Positions 1 to 7,989 of a DNA stretch of 64,000 bases are shown here, piece by piece. The stretch lies in IMG/VR virus record IMGVR_UViG_3300020179_002092, positions 1-64,000 of that record. One strand, given 5' to 3'. Origin of the DNA: a virus. The notes under the pieces are model-generated. The model saw only the letters and a list, made by a program, of their open reading frames with translations. It was not told the origin of the DNA and did no database searches. The translations under genes were made by a program, and so were the position numbers. How positions within the stretch are numbered: position 1 is the first letter of the stretch; the number at the start of each line of letters is the position of its first letter.

Positions 1-155
1 GTTTCACATCAGCTAAGTTGCGAGCACACAGCGATTACTACTGGAATAGTAGAGTAAATAGTTGGGCGGCTATTCACAATGAGTGGGCTGACATTATGTG
101 TGAAAGCAAACAAAAAAATCTTGCTAGTAGTCAATTTGTAGAGAACTACCTATAA
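1..155 (+). CDS. UV-damage endonuclease UvsE/UvdE-like, C-terminal part (5' truncated by window)
   Basis: Manual translation of frame 3: ..KLRAHSDYYWNSRVNSWAAIHNEWADIMCESKQKNLAS..*; RAHSDY and DIMxExKxKN match the UvsE C-terminus. Confidence 0.7.
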   Translation, partial: FTSAKLRAHSDYYWNSRVNSWAAIHNEWADIMCESKQKNLASSQFVENYL

Positions 156-199
156 TGTATAGTATTCTACAAAGTATTTTTTGGTATTTAAAATATGAT

Positions 200-319
200 A
201 TGAATCTAAGTAAAGATCAACTTTATAAACTAGTGTACTACGATACTAACTGTACACCAGAAGAGTTTGATAAAGCATATGTTGAACTTTACAAAGCCTA
301 TACCAATACAGAGAATTAA
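200..319 (+). CDS. small hypothetical protein (39 aa)
   Basis: MNLSKDQLYKLVYYDTNCTPEEFDKAYVELYKAYTNTEN*, stops 1 nt before next ATG. Confidence 0.5.
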   Translation: MNLSKDQLYKLVYYDTNCTPEEFDKAYVELYKAYTNTEN

Positions 320-320
320 T

Positions 321-635
321 ATGAATAAATTATATGAATTAGAGTTTTATAATGGCATATTAGAATCTTTTAATAAAGCCAAAGCTGGCACTGTAAAACG
401 TGGTGACAGTGTTAGTTGGAATAGTAGTGGTGGCACTGCACGTGGTAAAGTTACTAGAATAATTACTAGTGGTGAAGCTAACGTACCTGGCAGTAGTTTT
501 AAAATTACTGGTACTAAAGAAGATCCTGGCGCTCTTATTCGTGTGTATAGGCCCGATAGTAATGGTAAGTATAAACCTACTGACACTATTGTAGGACACA
601 AGGTAAGTACTCTAACTAAAATAGAACCACTATAA
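321..635 (+). CDS. DUF2945/Hva1 Tudor-like domain protein
   Basis: GDSVSWNSSGGTARGKV...VGHKVSTL motif; ATG at 321 preferred over TTG 267. Confidence 0.6.
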   Translation: MNKLYELEFYNGILESFNKAKAGTVKRGDSVSWNSSGGTARGKVTRIITSGEANVPGSSFKITGTKEDPGALIRVYRPDSNGKYKPTDTIVGHKVSTLTKIEPL

Positions 636-826
636 TGCCTTGTTATAAATGTAGTAATGGTAAGTATAAGTATGGAGAAAAGGGCGATTGCCAATTTGAT
701 ACACTTGGCAGTTGTAAAGCAGCAGAACGAGCAATATACGCTAGAAAAAGGAAACTTACAAATGAGTTACAAACCAATGAAAAAACCAGGCCGGAAAAAA
801 CCAGGAAAAATGTAATAGATGAATAA
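635..826 (+). CDS. small Cys-containing phage hypothetical protein
   Basis: ORF track; TAATG coupling to upstream gene. Confidence 0.55.
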   Translation: MPCYKCSNGKYKYGEKGDCQFDTLGSCKAAERAIYARKRKLTNELQTNEKTRPEKTRKNVIDE

Positions 827-1946
827 ACGTACAGTTATACACACAGCACTAGCCGCAGCAGTTGCATTCACACTAGCTGGCTGCGGCACTAAAAAAGAAG
901 AACCAGCTCCAGCTAAAGCGGTAGAAGTTACCAAAGCAGAACCTCTTAAAGTTGGATTTATCTATGTAGGGCCAGTAGGTGATGCTGGCTGGACTTTTGC
1001 ACATGATAATGGACGCAAACATATCGAGCAGAAGTTTGGTGATAGGATCAAAACCACTTTTGTGGAAAAGGTGCCCGAAGGTGCTGATGCAGAACGTGTC
1101 ATTCGTGACTTAGTAACACAAGGCAATAAACTAATCTTTGCTACATCATTTGGTTTTGGTGATGCAATGGAAAAGGTAGCAAAAGACCACCCTGATGTTA
1201 AGTTTGAACATGCCACAGGATATAAAACTAGTAGCAATCTTAGCGTATACGAAGCTAAATTCTATGAAGATGCATATATGGCAGGTGTAGTTGCTGGTAC
1301 CATGACAAAAACTAATACACTAGGATTTGTTGGTAGTTTTCCTATTCCAGAAGTTTTACGTAATATCAATGCTTTTACACTAGGTGCACAAAGTGTTAAC
1401 CCTAAAGTTACTACTAAAGTAGTATGGATAAACACTTGGTTTGATCCGCCTAAGGAGTCAGAGGCAGCACAGGCACTGATTAATCAAAAGGCTGATGTAT
1501 TGCTACAGAATACTGACAGTACCGCAGTGCTACAAACTGCTGAAAAGAATGGTAAGTATGCTTTTGGTTGGGATAGTGACATGAGTGCCTTTGCTACCAA
1601 GGCACACCTAGGCTCAGCCATTGTAAACTGGGGTCCATACTATGAAAAAGCAGTAAATGACGTTCTTAGTGGTACATGGAAGACCAGTGACACAAAATGG
1701 GGCACTAAAGAAGGCGCTAATGACTTGATCAAAGTACCAGACTCAGTACCTGAAGCAGCTCGTAAACGTGTTGACGAAGTCAAGTCTGGACTCAAGGCAG
1801 GAACTTTTGCTGTATTTAAAGGCCCAATCAAAGACAACACCGGTAAAGTAGTTTTATCGAAGGATAAGGTAGCTGATGACGCTTGGAAAAGCAAGATCGA
1901 CTTCTTTGTAGAAGGCGTCGAAGGTAAAGTTCCAAGCGGTAAATAA
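819..1946 (+). CDS. BMP/PnrA-family ABC transporter substrate-binding lipoprotein (purine/nucleoside type)
   Basis: Lipobox LAGC; VGPVGDAGWT, FATSFG, IPEVLRNINAF, WFDP, QNTDS motifs. Confidence 0.92.
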   Translation: MNKRTVIHTALAAAVAFTLAGCGTKKEEPAPAKAVEVTKAEPLKVGFIYVGPVGDAGWTFAHDNGRKHIEQKFGDRIKTTFVEKVPEGADAERVIRDLVTQGNKLIFATSFGFGDAMEKVAKDHPDVKFEHATGYKTSSNLSVYEAKFYEDAYMAGVVAGTMTKTNTLGFVGSFPIPEVLRNINAFTLGAQSVNPKVTTKVVWINTWFDPPKESEAAQALINQKADVLLQNTDSTAVLQTAEKNGKYAFGWDSDMSAFATKAHLGSAIVNWGPYYEKAVNDVLSGTWKTSDTKWGTKEGANDLIKVPDSVPEAARKRVDEVKSGLKAGTFAVFKGPIKDNTGKVVLSKDKVADDAWKSKIDFFVEGVEGKVPSGK

Positions 1947-2906
1947 ATGGGCATAGCTGCTGAATGGGGCTATTGGCATCCGGTCTGGCGTGCCGATAGT
2001 CTCTCACCAGGTGAACTGGTAACGACTGTGCTATTAAGCGAACAGGTAGTGCTGTGGCGCGATCTCGATCAAGGGCTCATCCATGCAGCGGTCGATCGCT
2101 GCCCGCACCGAGGGGCAGCACTTTCTCTAGGTCGTATCGAGGGCGGACAGCTTCGATGTGCCTATCACGGTTGGTGCTTTGACCAGCAAGGGCAGTGCAC
2201 CGAGGTGCCGGCATTACCCTATTTTAGCCCGCCCAAGTCATTCCGATTACATCGTTATGATGTTCGGATTGAATTTGGCCTGGTCTGGATTGCTAAGGGC
2301 AATGCTCAAATGCCATTGTTTGAGGCTGAAGCGGATTTGTCGAGGCGACATTTGCTTTGCGGTCCTTATAAGGTAAAAGCTTCCGCACCACGAATTGTCG
2401 AAAATTTTCTAGATATGGGGCACTTTGCCTTTGTACATGAGCACTTGCTAGGCCATCGTGATCATTGTGAGATCCCGGATTACCGTGTGGTGCATGATGC
2501 CTGGGGTCTCGTTGTTGAAAGCGCGCAGGTCTGGCAACCAAAGACTAGCGCGGATGCGAGCGAAGCTGCGCTTATCGACTATCGCTACGAAGTAAGGGCC
2601 CCCTTTCAGGCCGCGCTTTATAAAGGCAAGCAGAGAGATGGCATCGCCTTATTCATCTGCCCTCACGAACCAGAAAGTTCTACGGTGTGGTTCCGTTTAG
2701 CGCTTTTTGATCTCGAAACAAGCGACGATACTTTGCTCGAGTTTCAGGACCAAATATTTGCTCAAGATCTACCGATTGTAGAATCGCAACAACCCAAATG
2801 CCTGCCACTTGAGCAAAGTTTGGAACTACATTGTGCGGCCGACAAGGCTTCAGTAGCCTATCGTCAATACCTCCGTGAACATGCGATTCGCTTTGGCACG
2901 AACTAG
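1947..2906 (+). CDS. Rieske non-heme iron oxygenase alpha subunit (VanA/methylxanthine N-demethylase Ndm-like)
   Basis: Rieske CPHRG..CAYHGW; mononuclear Fe ENFLDMGHFAFVH and QDLPIVESQ. Confidence 0.9.
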   Translation: MGIAAEWGYWHPVWRADSLSPGELVTTVLLSEQVVLWRDLDQGLIHAAVDRCPHRGAALSLGRIEGGQLRCAYHGWCFDQQGQCTEVPALPYFSPPKSFRLHRYDVRIEFGLVWIAKGNAQMPLFEAEADLSRRHLLCGPYKVKASAPRIVENFLDMGHFAFVHEHLLGHRDHCEIPDYRVVHDAWGLVVESAQVWQPKTSADASEAALIDYRYEVRAPFQAALYKGKQRDGIALFICPHEPESSTVWFRLALFDLETSDDTLLEFQDQIFAQDLPIVESQQPKCLPLEQSLELHCAADKASVAYRQYLREHAIRFGTN

Positions 2907-2957
2907 TAGCCAGTCTAGTTAAAAAAAACTGGCAACACACACATCACGGAGAATAAT

Positions 2958-3182
2958 ATGAATCCTTTTGAAATTCGGGCTCAATTACTTAAAATGAGCA
3001 AAGATTATCTAGACAAACAGTTTGAAGTCAATACAGAGTTTACAAGGCGAGCATTTGAAGAAATGGCTAAAAGCGGTCAAGATATAATGCAAAAATATCA
3101 GGAGTTTACTCCTAAGATGTATACTTTTGAAGATGTTATTGAACAGGCTAAGAAACTATATAGCTTTGTAAATAGTAAGTAA
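2958..3182 (+). CDS. phage hypothetical protein
   Basis: ORF with GGAG RBS, followed by terminator. Confidence 0.75.
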   Translation: MNPFEIRAQLLKMSKDYLDKQFEVNTEFTRRAFEEMAKSGQDIMQKYQEFTPKMYTFEDVIEQAKKLYSFVNSK

Positions 3183-3216
3183 TTATTGCGGGCAAAGTGC
3201 CCGCAATAAAATTTTT
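3183..3216 (+). terminator. intrinsic terminator hairpin
   Basis: ttattgcgggca-aag-tgcccgcaataa perfect stem followed by A/T tract. Confidence 0.75.
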
Positions 3217-3220
3217 ACAC

Positions 3221-3249
3221 TTGACTTATTCTGCTTTACGGTGTATAAT
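3221..3249 (+). promoter_or_regulatory. sigma70 promoter driving the tRNA/tmRNA region
   Basis: TTGACT-17 bp-TATAAT with upstream AT tract. Confidence 0.85.
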
Positions 3250-3276
3250 ATTATTTTACTCGGTAAGGGAAAGCAA

Positions 3277-3492
3277 ATGGCTGTTCAACAACTACTTGAC
3301 AACCTATATTTAAAACCAGCCCCCTGGCGAAAATGTTGGCAAACTAGAGAAGAAGTTATTAGCGATTGGCACTCGGGTAAAGACTTTCGTATTGAAAACG
3401 GGCCATATTGCAGTATTCGCGATATTGAATATTTATACAGCAGCTATAATCGTGTATATATTCTATACAGTCATGGCACTATAGAAGTTTAA
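3277..3492 (+). CDS. phage hypothetical protein
   Basis: ATG 3277 downstream of promoter with AAGG RBS; DWHSGKDF motif. Confidence 0.7.
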   Translation: MAVQQLLDNLYLKPAPWRKCWQTREEVISDWHSGKDFRIENGPYCSIRDIEYLYSSYNRVYILYSHGTIEV

Positions 3493-3496
3493 CATC

Positions 3497-3580
3497 AGGG
3501 ATGTGGTGGAATGGTATACACAACAGACTTAAAATCTGTCGCTGCAAAGTATGAGGGTTCGACTCCCTTCATCCCTACCA
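3497..3580 (+). tRNA. tRNA-Leu(TAA)
   Basis: Acceptor AGGGATG/CATCCCT, anticodon arm acaga-ctTAAaa-tctgt, long variable arm, GTTCGA, encoded CCA. Confidence 0.95.
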
Positions 3581-3589
3581 AGGAATAAT

Positions 3590-3772
3590 ATGGACAAAAA
3601 AGTAAACGATATATTAAAAGCACTACTAGGCACTGACGAGCTAGTTCAACGCTGGTGGAATAGCCCTAATCGTGCGTTCGATGGAGAAATACCTGACGAT
3701 TTGTGGAATACTAGTGACGGTCGTAAACAGGTTTATACATATATAGTAAATCAACTAGAAGCCCCATACTAG
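3590..3772 (+). CDS. stand-alone Xre/MbcA/ParS antitoxin C-terminal (DUF2384)-like protein
   Basis: WWNSPNRAFDGEIPDDLWNTSDGRKQV fits WxxxPNxxLxGxxPxxLxxTxxGxxxV; RBS AGGA immediately after tRNA-Leu CCA. Confidence 0.7.
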   Translation: MDKKVNDILKALLGTDELVQRWWNSPNRAFDGEIPDDLWNTSDGRKQVYTYIVNQLEAPY

Positions 3773-3849
3773 ATGCGTTAGCATAGCTGGCCAAATGTAC
3801 TGCCCTGTCACGGCAGAGATCATGGGTTCAAATCCCATACGCATCGCCA
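3772..3849 (+). tRNA. tRNA-Asp(GTC)
   Basis: Acceptor GATGCGT/ACGCATC, ctgcc-ctGTCac-ggcag, discriminator G, CCA. Confidence 0.95.
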
Positions 3850-3925
3850 TATTAAAATATTCTTTATAAGAGTATTTTAATATGGCTACTTGTTAGTAGC
3901 CATGCTAGAACAGTACGAGAATAAT

Positions 3926-4396
3926 ATGAAACCTTTTGACATTAAGGAAGTAAAAAATTATATTCTGCAAACTAGTCAGGAGAGTAGGATCTACTTAGGC
4001 GCAGATAGCGAGCGAAGTCAGCACGAGAAGATTTGGTGGGCTGACTATACTGTGGCTATCGTAGTACACATAGACGGCAAACACGGTTGTAAAATATTTG
4101 GTTATCATGTTCGTGAACGTGACTATGATCAAAAGAAGAATAGGCCTAGTATTAGATTGATGACTGAAGTCTATAAAGTTAGCGAAATTTACTTAGAACT
4201 AAAAGATGTAATTGAGGATCGTCATGTCGAAATACACCTAGACCTTAATCCACAGGAGTGCTATGCTAGTAATCAAGTAGTGCAACAAGCTATAGGCTAT
4301 ATTCGAGGTACTTGCGATGTTGAAGCTTTAATTAAACCAGATGCTTTTGCTGCAAGCTATGCAGCTGACAGATTAAAATTTATATTAAATCAATGA
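3926..4396 (+). CDS. YkuK-family RNase H-like protein (DUF458)
   Basis: IYLGADS, RLMTEV, EIHLDLN, KPDAFAASYAADR motifs. Confidence 0.8.
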   Translation: MKPFDIKEVKNYILQTSQESRIYLGADSERSQHEKIWWADYTVAIVVHIDGKHGCKIFGYHVRERDYDQKKNRPSIRLMTEVYKVSEIYLELKDVIEDRHVEIHLDLNPQECYASNQVVQQAIGYIRGTCDVEALIKPDAFAASYAADRLKFILNQ

Positions 4397-4611
4397 AATA
4401 TACTAGATTTGACCTAGAGCAACTAATTCTCAAAAACTGGGAAATTACTACCGAAATTAAATACTTAAACGAATTAATCTTAGAGGGTAAACCAAGCCAA
4501 GATCAGATTACAAATTATTTGCTGGGCTTAGAAACTATTTATGAAGTAAAGTTTAATAAGTTATGGGATTGTTTTGAAGAACTTTGTCAAAATCAAAAGA
4601 TTGCACTTTAA
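4393..4611 (+). CDS. phage hypothetical protein
   Basis: ATGA overlap with upstream gene. Confidence 0.75.
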   Translation: MKYTRFDLEQLILKNWEITTEIKYLNELILEGKPSQDQITNYLLGLETIYEVKFNKLWDCFEELCQNQKIAL

Positions 4612-4612
4612 A

Positions 4613-4686
4613 GCCCTTTTAGTTAAATGGTATAACAGTTGATTTGTAATCATCAATTGGCAGTTCAATTCTGTCAAAGGGCACCA
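4613..4686 (+). tRNA. tRNA-Thr(TGT)
   Basis: Acceptor GCCCTTT/AAAGGGC, anticodon loop ttTGTaa, CCA. Confidence 0.9.
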
Positions 4687-4689
4687 AGT

Positions 4690-5036
4690 TATAGTTGTAT
4701 GAAGCTAATAGAAACTTACTGCGGACGCGGGGGGCAGTTCCTCGCCGGGTCCACCAAAAGCGCACTGCCACTTAATACATAAATGCGGACTTATACCGGT
4801 ACAGCTTCCGCGGGTTAGTATAAGGTTGCAAACTTATACGTTAGTGTGCTTCTGATGGGCCCGACTTAGATTCGACGGGGTAAATAGTATTGCAGTGGAC
4901 AACTCGGCAGGCGATCTCCGTAAAAGAAGCAAATTAAAATAAATGCAAATGATGAGCATTTTTATCAGGAATTTAAGCTAGCCGCTTAAAACTTGATCGG
5001 GGTTCTGGGAATTTCCTTGTTACCAAAAATTCCCAC
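4690..5036 (+). ncRNA. ssrA: circularly permuted (two-piece) tmRNA; tag ANDEHFYQEFKLAA
   Basis: 3' acceptor strand CGGGTCC-A-CCA (ends 4756) precedes 5' strand GGGCCCG (4857) with G3:U70; ATTCGAC motif; tag ORF GCA AAT GAT..GCC GCT TAA 4945-4989; outer ends approximate. Confidence 0.92.
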
Positions 5037-5072
5037 TATAATTAAAAGTTTAAACAAATTTAAAGGAATAAC

Positions 5073-5273
5073 ATGGAACTAGAGTTTAAACATGCAGGAA
5101 TGAGTGTTAGTTTTGAGTGTGATGAAAATGATCACTATGATCACGTTGATCTTCTACGAAATATTGCAGCTCTAGTTGATGAACTAGCTAACCATACTGG
5201 TGTTAGTCTTGTAGTCTTAAGTGACAACAAAGAAGAAGAAGCTAATAACACTGATGATAGTTGGGACGAATAA
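5073..5273 (+). CDS. acidic hypothetical protein
   Basis: ORF with AAGGA RBS. Confidence 0.7.
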   Translation: MELEFKHAGMSVSFECDENDHYDHVDLLRNIAALVDELANHTGVSLVVLSDNKEEEANNTDDSWDE

Positions 5274-5366
5274 AACAGTACAATTTATTGCTCATGAAGT
5301 ACCTAGATTATATATTTGTTGGTATATCGATGAGCATAAATTTTTAAAAGTAAAAATAAAAATATT

Positions 5367-5442
<76 letters not shown>

Positions 5443-5443
5443 T

Positions 5444-5519
5444 GCGGCAATAGCTCAAATGGTAGAGTACCTGCCTTCCAAGCAGGATGTTGTCGGTTCG
5501 AAGCCGATTTGCCGCTCCA
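5444..5519 (+). tRNA. tRNA-Gly(TCC)
   Basis: GCGGCAA/TTGCCGC, cctgc-ctTCCaa-gcagg, TCCA end. Confidence 0.95.
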
Positions 5520-5537
5520 TATAAAAAATATTTCAGT

Positions 5538-5612
5538 ACTCAATTAGCTCAGCGGTAGAGCATAGCCTTTACACGGCTAGGGTCAGCAGTTCGAATCTGT
5601 TATTGAGTACCA
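5538..5612 (+). tRNA. tRNA-Val(TAC)
   Basis: ACTCAAT/ATTGAGT, tagcc-ttTACac-ggcta, CCA. Confidence 0.93.
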
Positions 5613-5630
5613 ATTCTAGGTATCATAAAT

Positions 5631-6434
5631 ATGCAGTCTATACCAGTAATAGGTGTACCCATAGTTAATGGTGTTCATTGGTTAGAAAGATTAATTAATA
5701 GTATAGATTATCCAGTAGATAATTTGTTTATAGTTAATAATAGTGCTAATGAAAAAACTACTGCTCAACTAGAGCAGTTAGTACAAACTAAAAAAGAATT
5801 TATTAAAAAAATAAGTTTAACAAATTTTCCTGGTAATATTGGTTGTGCTGGAGCCTGGAACTTAATAATTAAATGTTACTTGATGGCTCCATATTGGATA
5901 ATAACGAATCATGATATAGCATTTACCGCTGGTTGGTTAAAGACTATGGTTGAAAAAGCTAGTGATCCGGAAACTGGTATAGTATTTAGTAAAGCAGAAC
6001 ACTATGTATCCCCCGGAAATGGCGGCATAATTACTCTAGGTTGTTGGGATGTATTTCTAATAAAAGACTGGGCAGTACATAAATTTGGTTTATTTGATGA
6101 AAATTTATATCCTGCATATTCAGAAGATATAGATTACTTAATAAGAACAATTATTGATCCGATAAAAAAGAGTTCTGTTGAATTACCATACTATCATGGT
6201 GAAACAATGGACTATGCCCAAAGTGGTGGTCAAACTTTTCGTGTTGATCCAAAATTAAAAGAAAAAATAGATTATGCTAGACTTTTAAATGAACATGCTT
6301 ATATGAATAAGAAGTGGGGACCTGGTTGGCATTGGTTAGATATTTATAAGCATCCATTTAATAAGCCAGATATTGAATTAAAAATGAGTTTTTTTGATAT
6401 ATTTTTTGCAAGAAGTAAATATTTAGGGTTTTAA
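5631..6434 (+). CDS. glycosyltransferase family 2-like
   Basis: IVNN, NIGCAGAWN, ITNHDI (DxD-like), GLFDENLYPAYSEDIDY. Confidence 0.8.
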   Translation: MQSIPVIGVPIVNGVHWLERLINSIDYPVDNLFIVNNSANEKTTAQLEQLVQTKKEFIKKISLTNFPGNIGCAGAWNLIIKCYLMAPYWIITNHDIAFTAGWLKTMVEKASDPETGIVFSKAEHYVSPGNGGIITLGCWDVFLIKDWAVHKFGLFDENLYPAYSEDIDYLIRTIIDPIKKSSVELPYYHGETMDYAQSGGQTFRVDPKLKEKIDYARLLNEHAYMNKKWGPGWHWLDIYKHPFNKPDIELKMSFFDIFFARSKYLGF

Positions 6435-6436
6435 TT

Positions 6437-7909
6437 ATGCAAATTATTGACTTTTTTCCTTACTTTGACGGCACAGGAAAAGAATTATTAGAATTAAGAA
6501 TTAATATTTTAAAAGATTATGTAGATAAATTTATAATTTGCGAATCTAATAAAACCCACAGTGGTATATCTATTGAATATAAACTAGAAGAACGAATTAA
6601 AGAACTTAATTTACCAGGTAAAAAAATTCAAGTAATTAGGATTGATATTCCAGAAGAAGATAAACTTCCAGTAGAATTAATAGATATTTTTAATTGTTAT
6701 GAAGATAATAAAAATAAAATATCTATTCGTGCTAGAACAAGAGAACGCATGCAAAAAGATTCACTATTATCTATACTGGATAATTACAGTGATAATACAT
6801 TATTTTTAGTTAGTGACAGTGATGAAATAATTGATCCTAAACATCTACAATGGTTAGGTGCTACAGTATTAGCACATCAAGATGTTATTATTAAAGTACC
6901 TCTTGTACACCTAGAAGGTTGCGCAAATCTTAGAGTCTACAAAACCGCAGGCCATCCTAAATTGTGGGATGGTGCCTTATTTATGGCAACAAAAATTCAA
7001 CTAAAAAAAGCAACTCCTACACAAATTAGATCTAATATTAATAATCCTTTTCCAATTAGATATTTACATCACGACTCTAAACGTGTAGAAGATTTAGGTT
7101 GGCATTTTAGTTGGATGGGCAAAAAATATCATAGAAATTTAAAACGTAAAAATTTTACACACTACAATGATAAATTTCAAAACATACTAGGCAATAGTTA
7201 TAGTAGTTCTTCTATTGAAGATTTTCACGATCAAGAACCAGTTGAGGGTATGATTTCGCCTAGTGGTGAATTAGACACAGTACTAAAACTATATCCAGAA
7301 TCTTTATTACCACAACAGATATTTCTATTGCCAGCCGTAAAAGAATATTTATTACCAAAGTCACCTGTTATTACTGATCTAATAGATCTAGAATATGTTA
7401 GTGCTTGTAATAAATCTACTGATATCAATGAACATTTGCCTATATTAAAAGAATTAGCTGATCAGTGTAATTCTGTTACTGAATTTGGAACCAGAGATGG
7501 CCAGAGTACAAGAGCATTTTTAGCTAGTAAAATAAATACTATAAAAGCCTATCATCTTAGTTTAGATACTAGTGTACAAAAGTTATTTGATTATGCTAGA
7601 GATCGGAATAGAGATGTGTCATATACTCAAGCAGATGTATTAAATTTAGAAATTAATAATACTGATTTACTATTTATAGATACTTGGCACACTTATGATC
7701 AACTTAAGCAAGAGTTAAATATCCACGGCAATAAAGCCAATAAATATTTAGTTTTTCATGATACTCATACTTATGGTACTAAAGGCGAAGATAGAGATAA
7801 ATTAGGATTGCTACCAGCAATTCTAGAATTTTTATCAAAAAATCATCACTGGAAAATAAAATTACATAAAACCAATAATAATGGTCTTACAGTCTTAGAA
7901 AGAATTTAG
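6437..7909 (+). CDS. GT17-like N-acetylglucosaminyltransferase fused to class I SAM methyltransferase (Methyltransf_24-like)
   Basis: N: IDFFPYF..ELLELRI..VDKFIICESNKTHSG, SDSDEI, GWHFSWMG; C: EFGTRDGQST, LFIDTWHTYDQL, FHDT, NNNGLTVL. Confidence 0.8.
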   Translation: MQIIDFFPYFDGTGKELLELRINILKDYVDKFIICESNKTHSGISIEYKLEERIKELNLPGKKIQVIRIDIPEEDKLPVELIDIFNCYEDNKNKISIRARTRERMQKDSLLSILDNYSDNTLFLVSDSDEIIDPKHLQWLGATVLAHQDVIIKVPLVHLEGCANLRVYKTAGHPKLWDGALFMATKIQLKKATPTQIRSNINNPFPIRYLHHDSKRVEDLGWHFSWMGKKYHRNLKRKNFTHYNDKFQNILGNSYSSSSIEDFHDQEPVEGMISPSGELDTVLKLYPESLLPQQIFLLPAVKEYLLPKSPVITDLIDLEYVSACNKSTDINEHLPILKELADQCNSVTEFGTRDGQSTRAFLASKINTIKAYHLSLDTSVQKLFDYARDRNRDVSYTQADVLNLEINNTDLLFIDTWHTYDQLKQELNIHGNKANKYLVFHDTHTYGTKGEDRDKLGLLPAILEFLSKNHHWKIKLHKTNNNGLTVLERI

Positions 7910-7987
7910 CCCCCTTAGCTCATGCTTGGTTAGAGCACCCGACTCATAATCGGTAGGTGCCGTGTTCGACTCACGGAGGGGGCACCA
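7909..7987 (+). tRNA. tRNA with CAT anticodon, probably Ile2 (lysidine) rather than Met
   Basis: GCCCCCT/AGGGGGC, GACTCATAATCG arm resembling ileX-type tRNAs, CCA. Confidence 0.85.
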
Positions 7988-7989
7988 CC

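Noticed and set aside
3551-3589. ORF-track N-terminal extensions at 3551, 3241 and 267
   Set aside because: They overlap tRNA-Leu, a promoter or an upstream ORF; downstream ATGs are better placed
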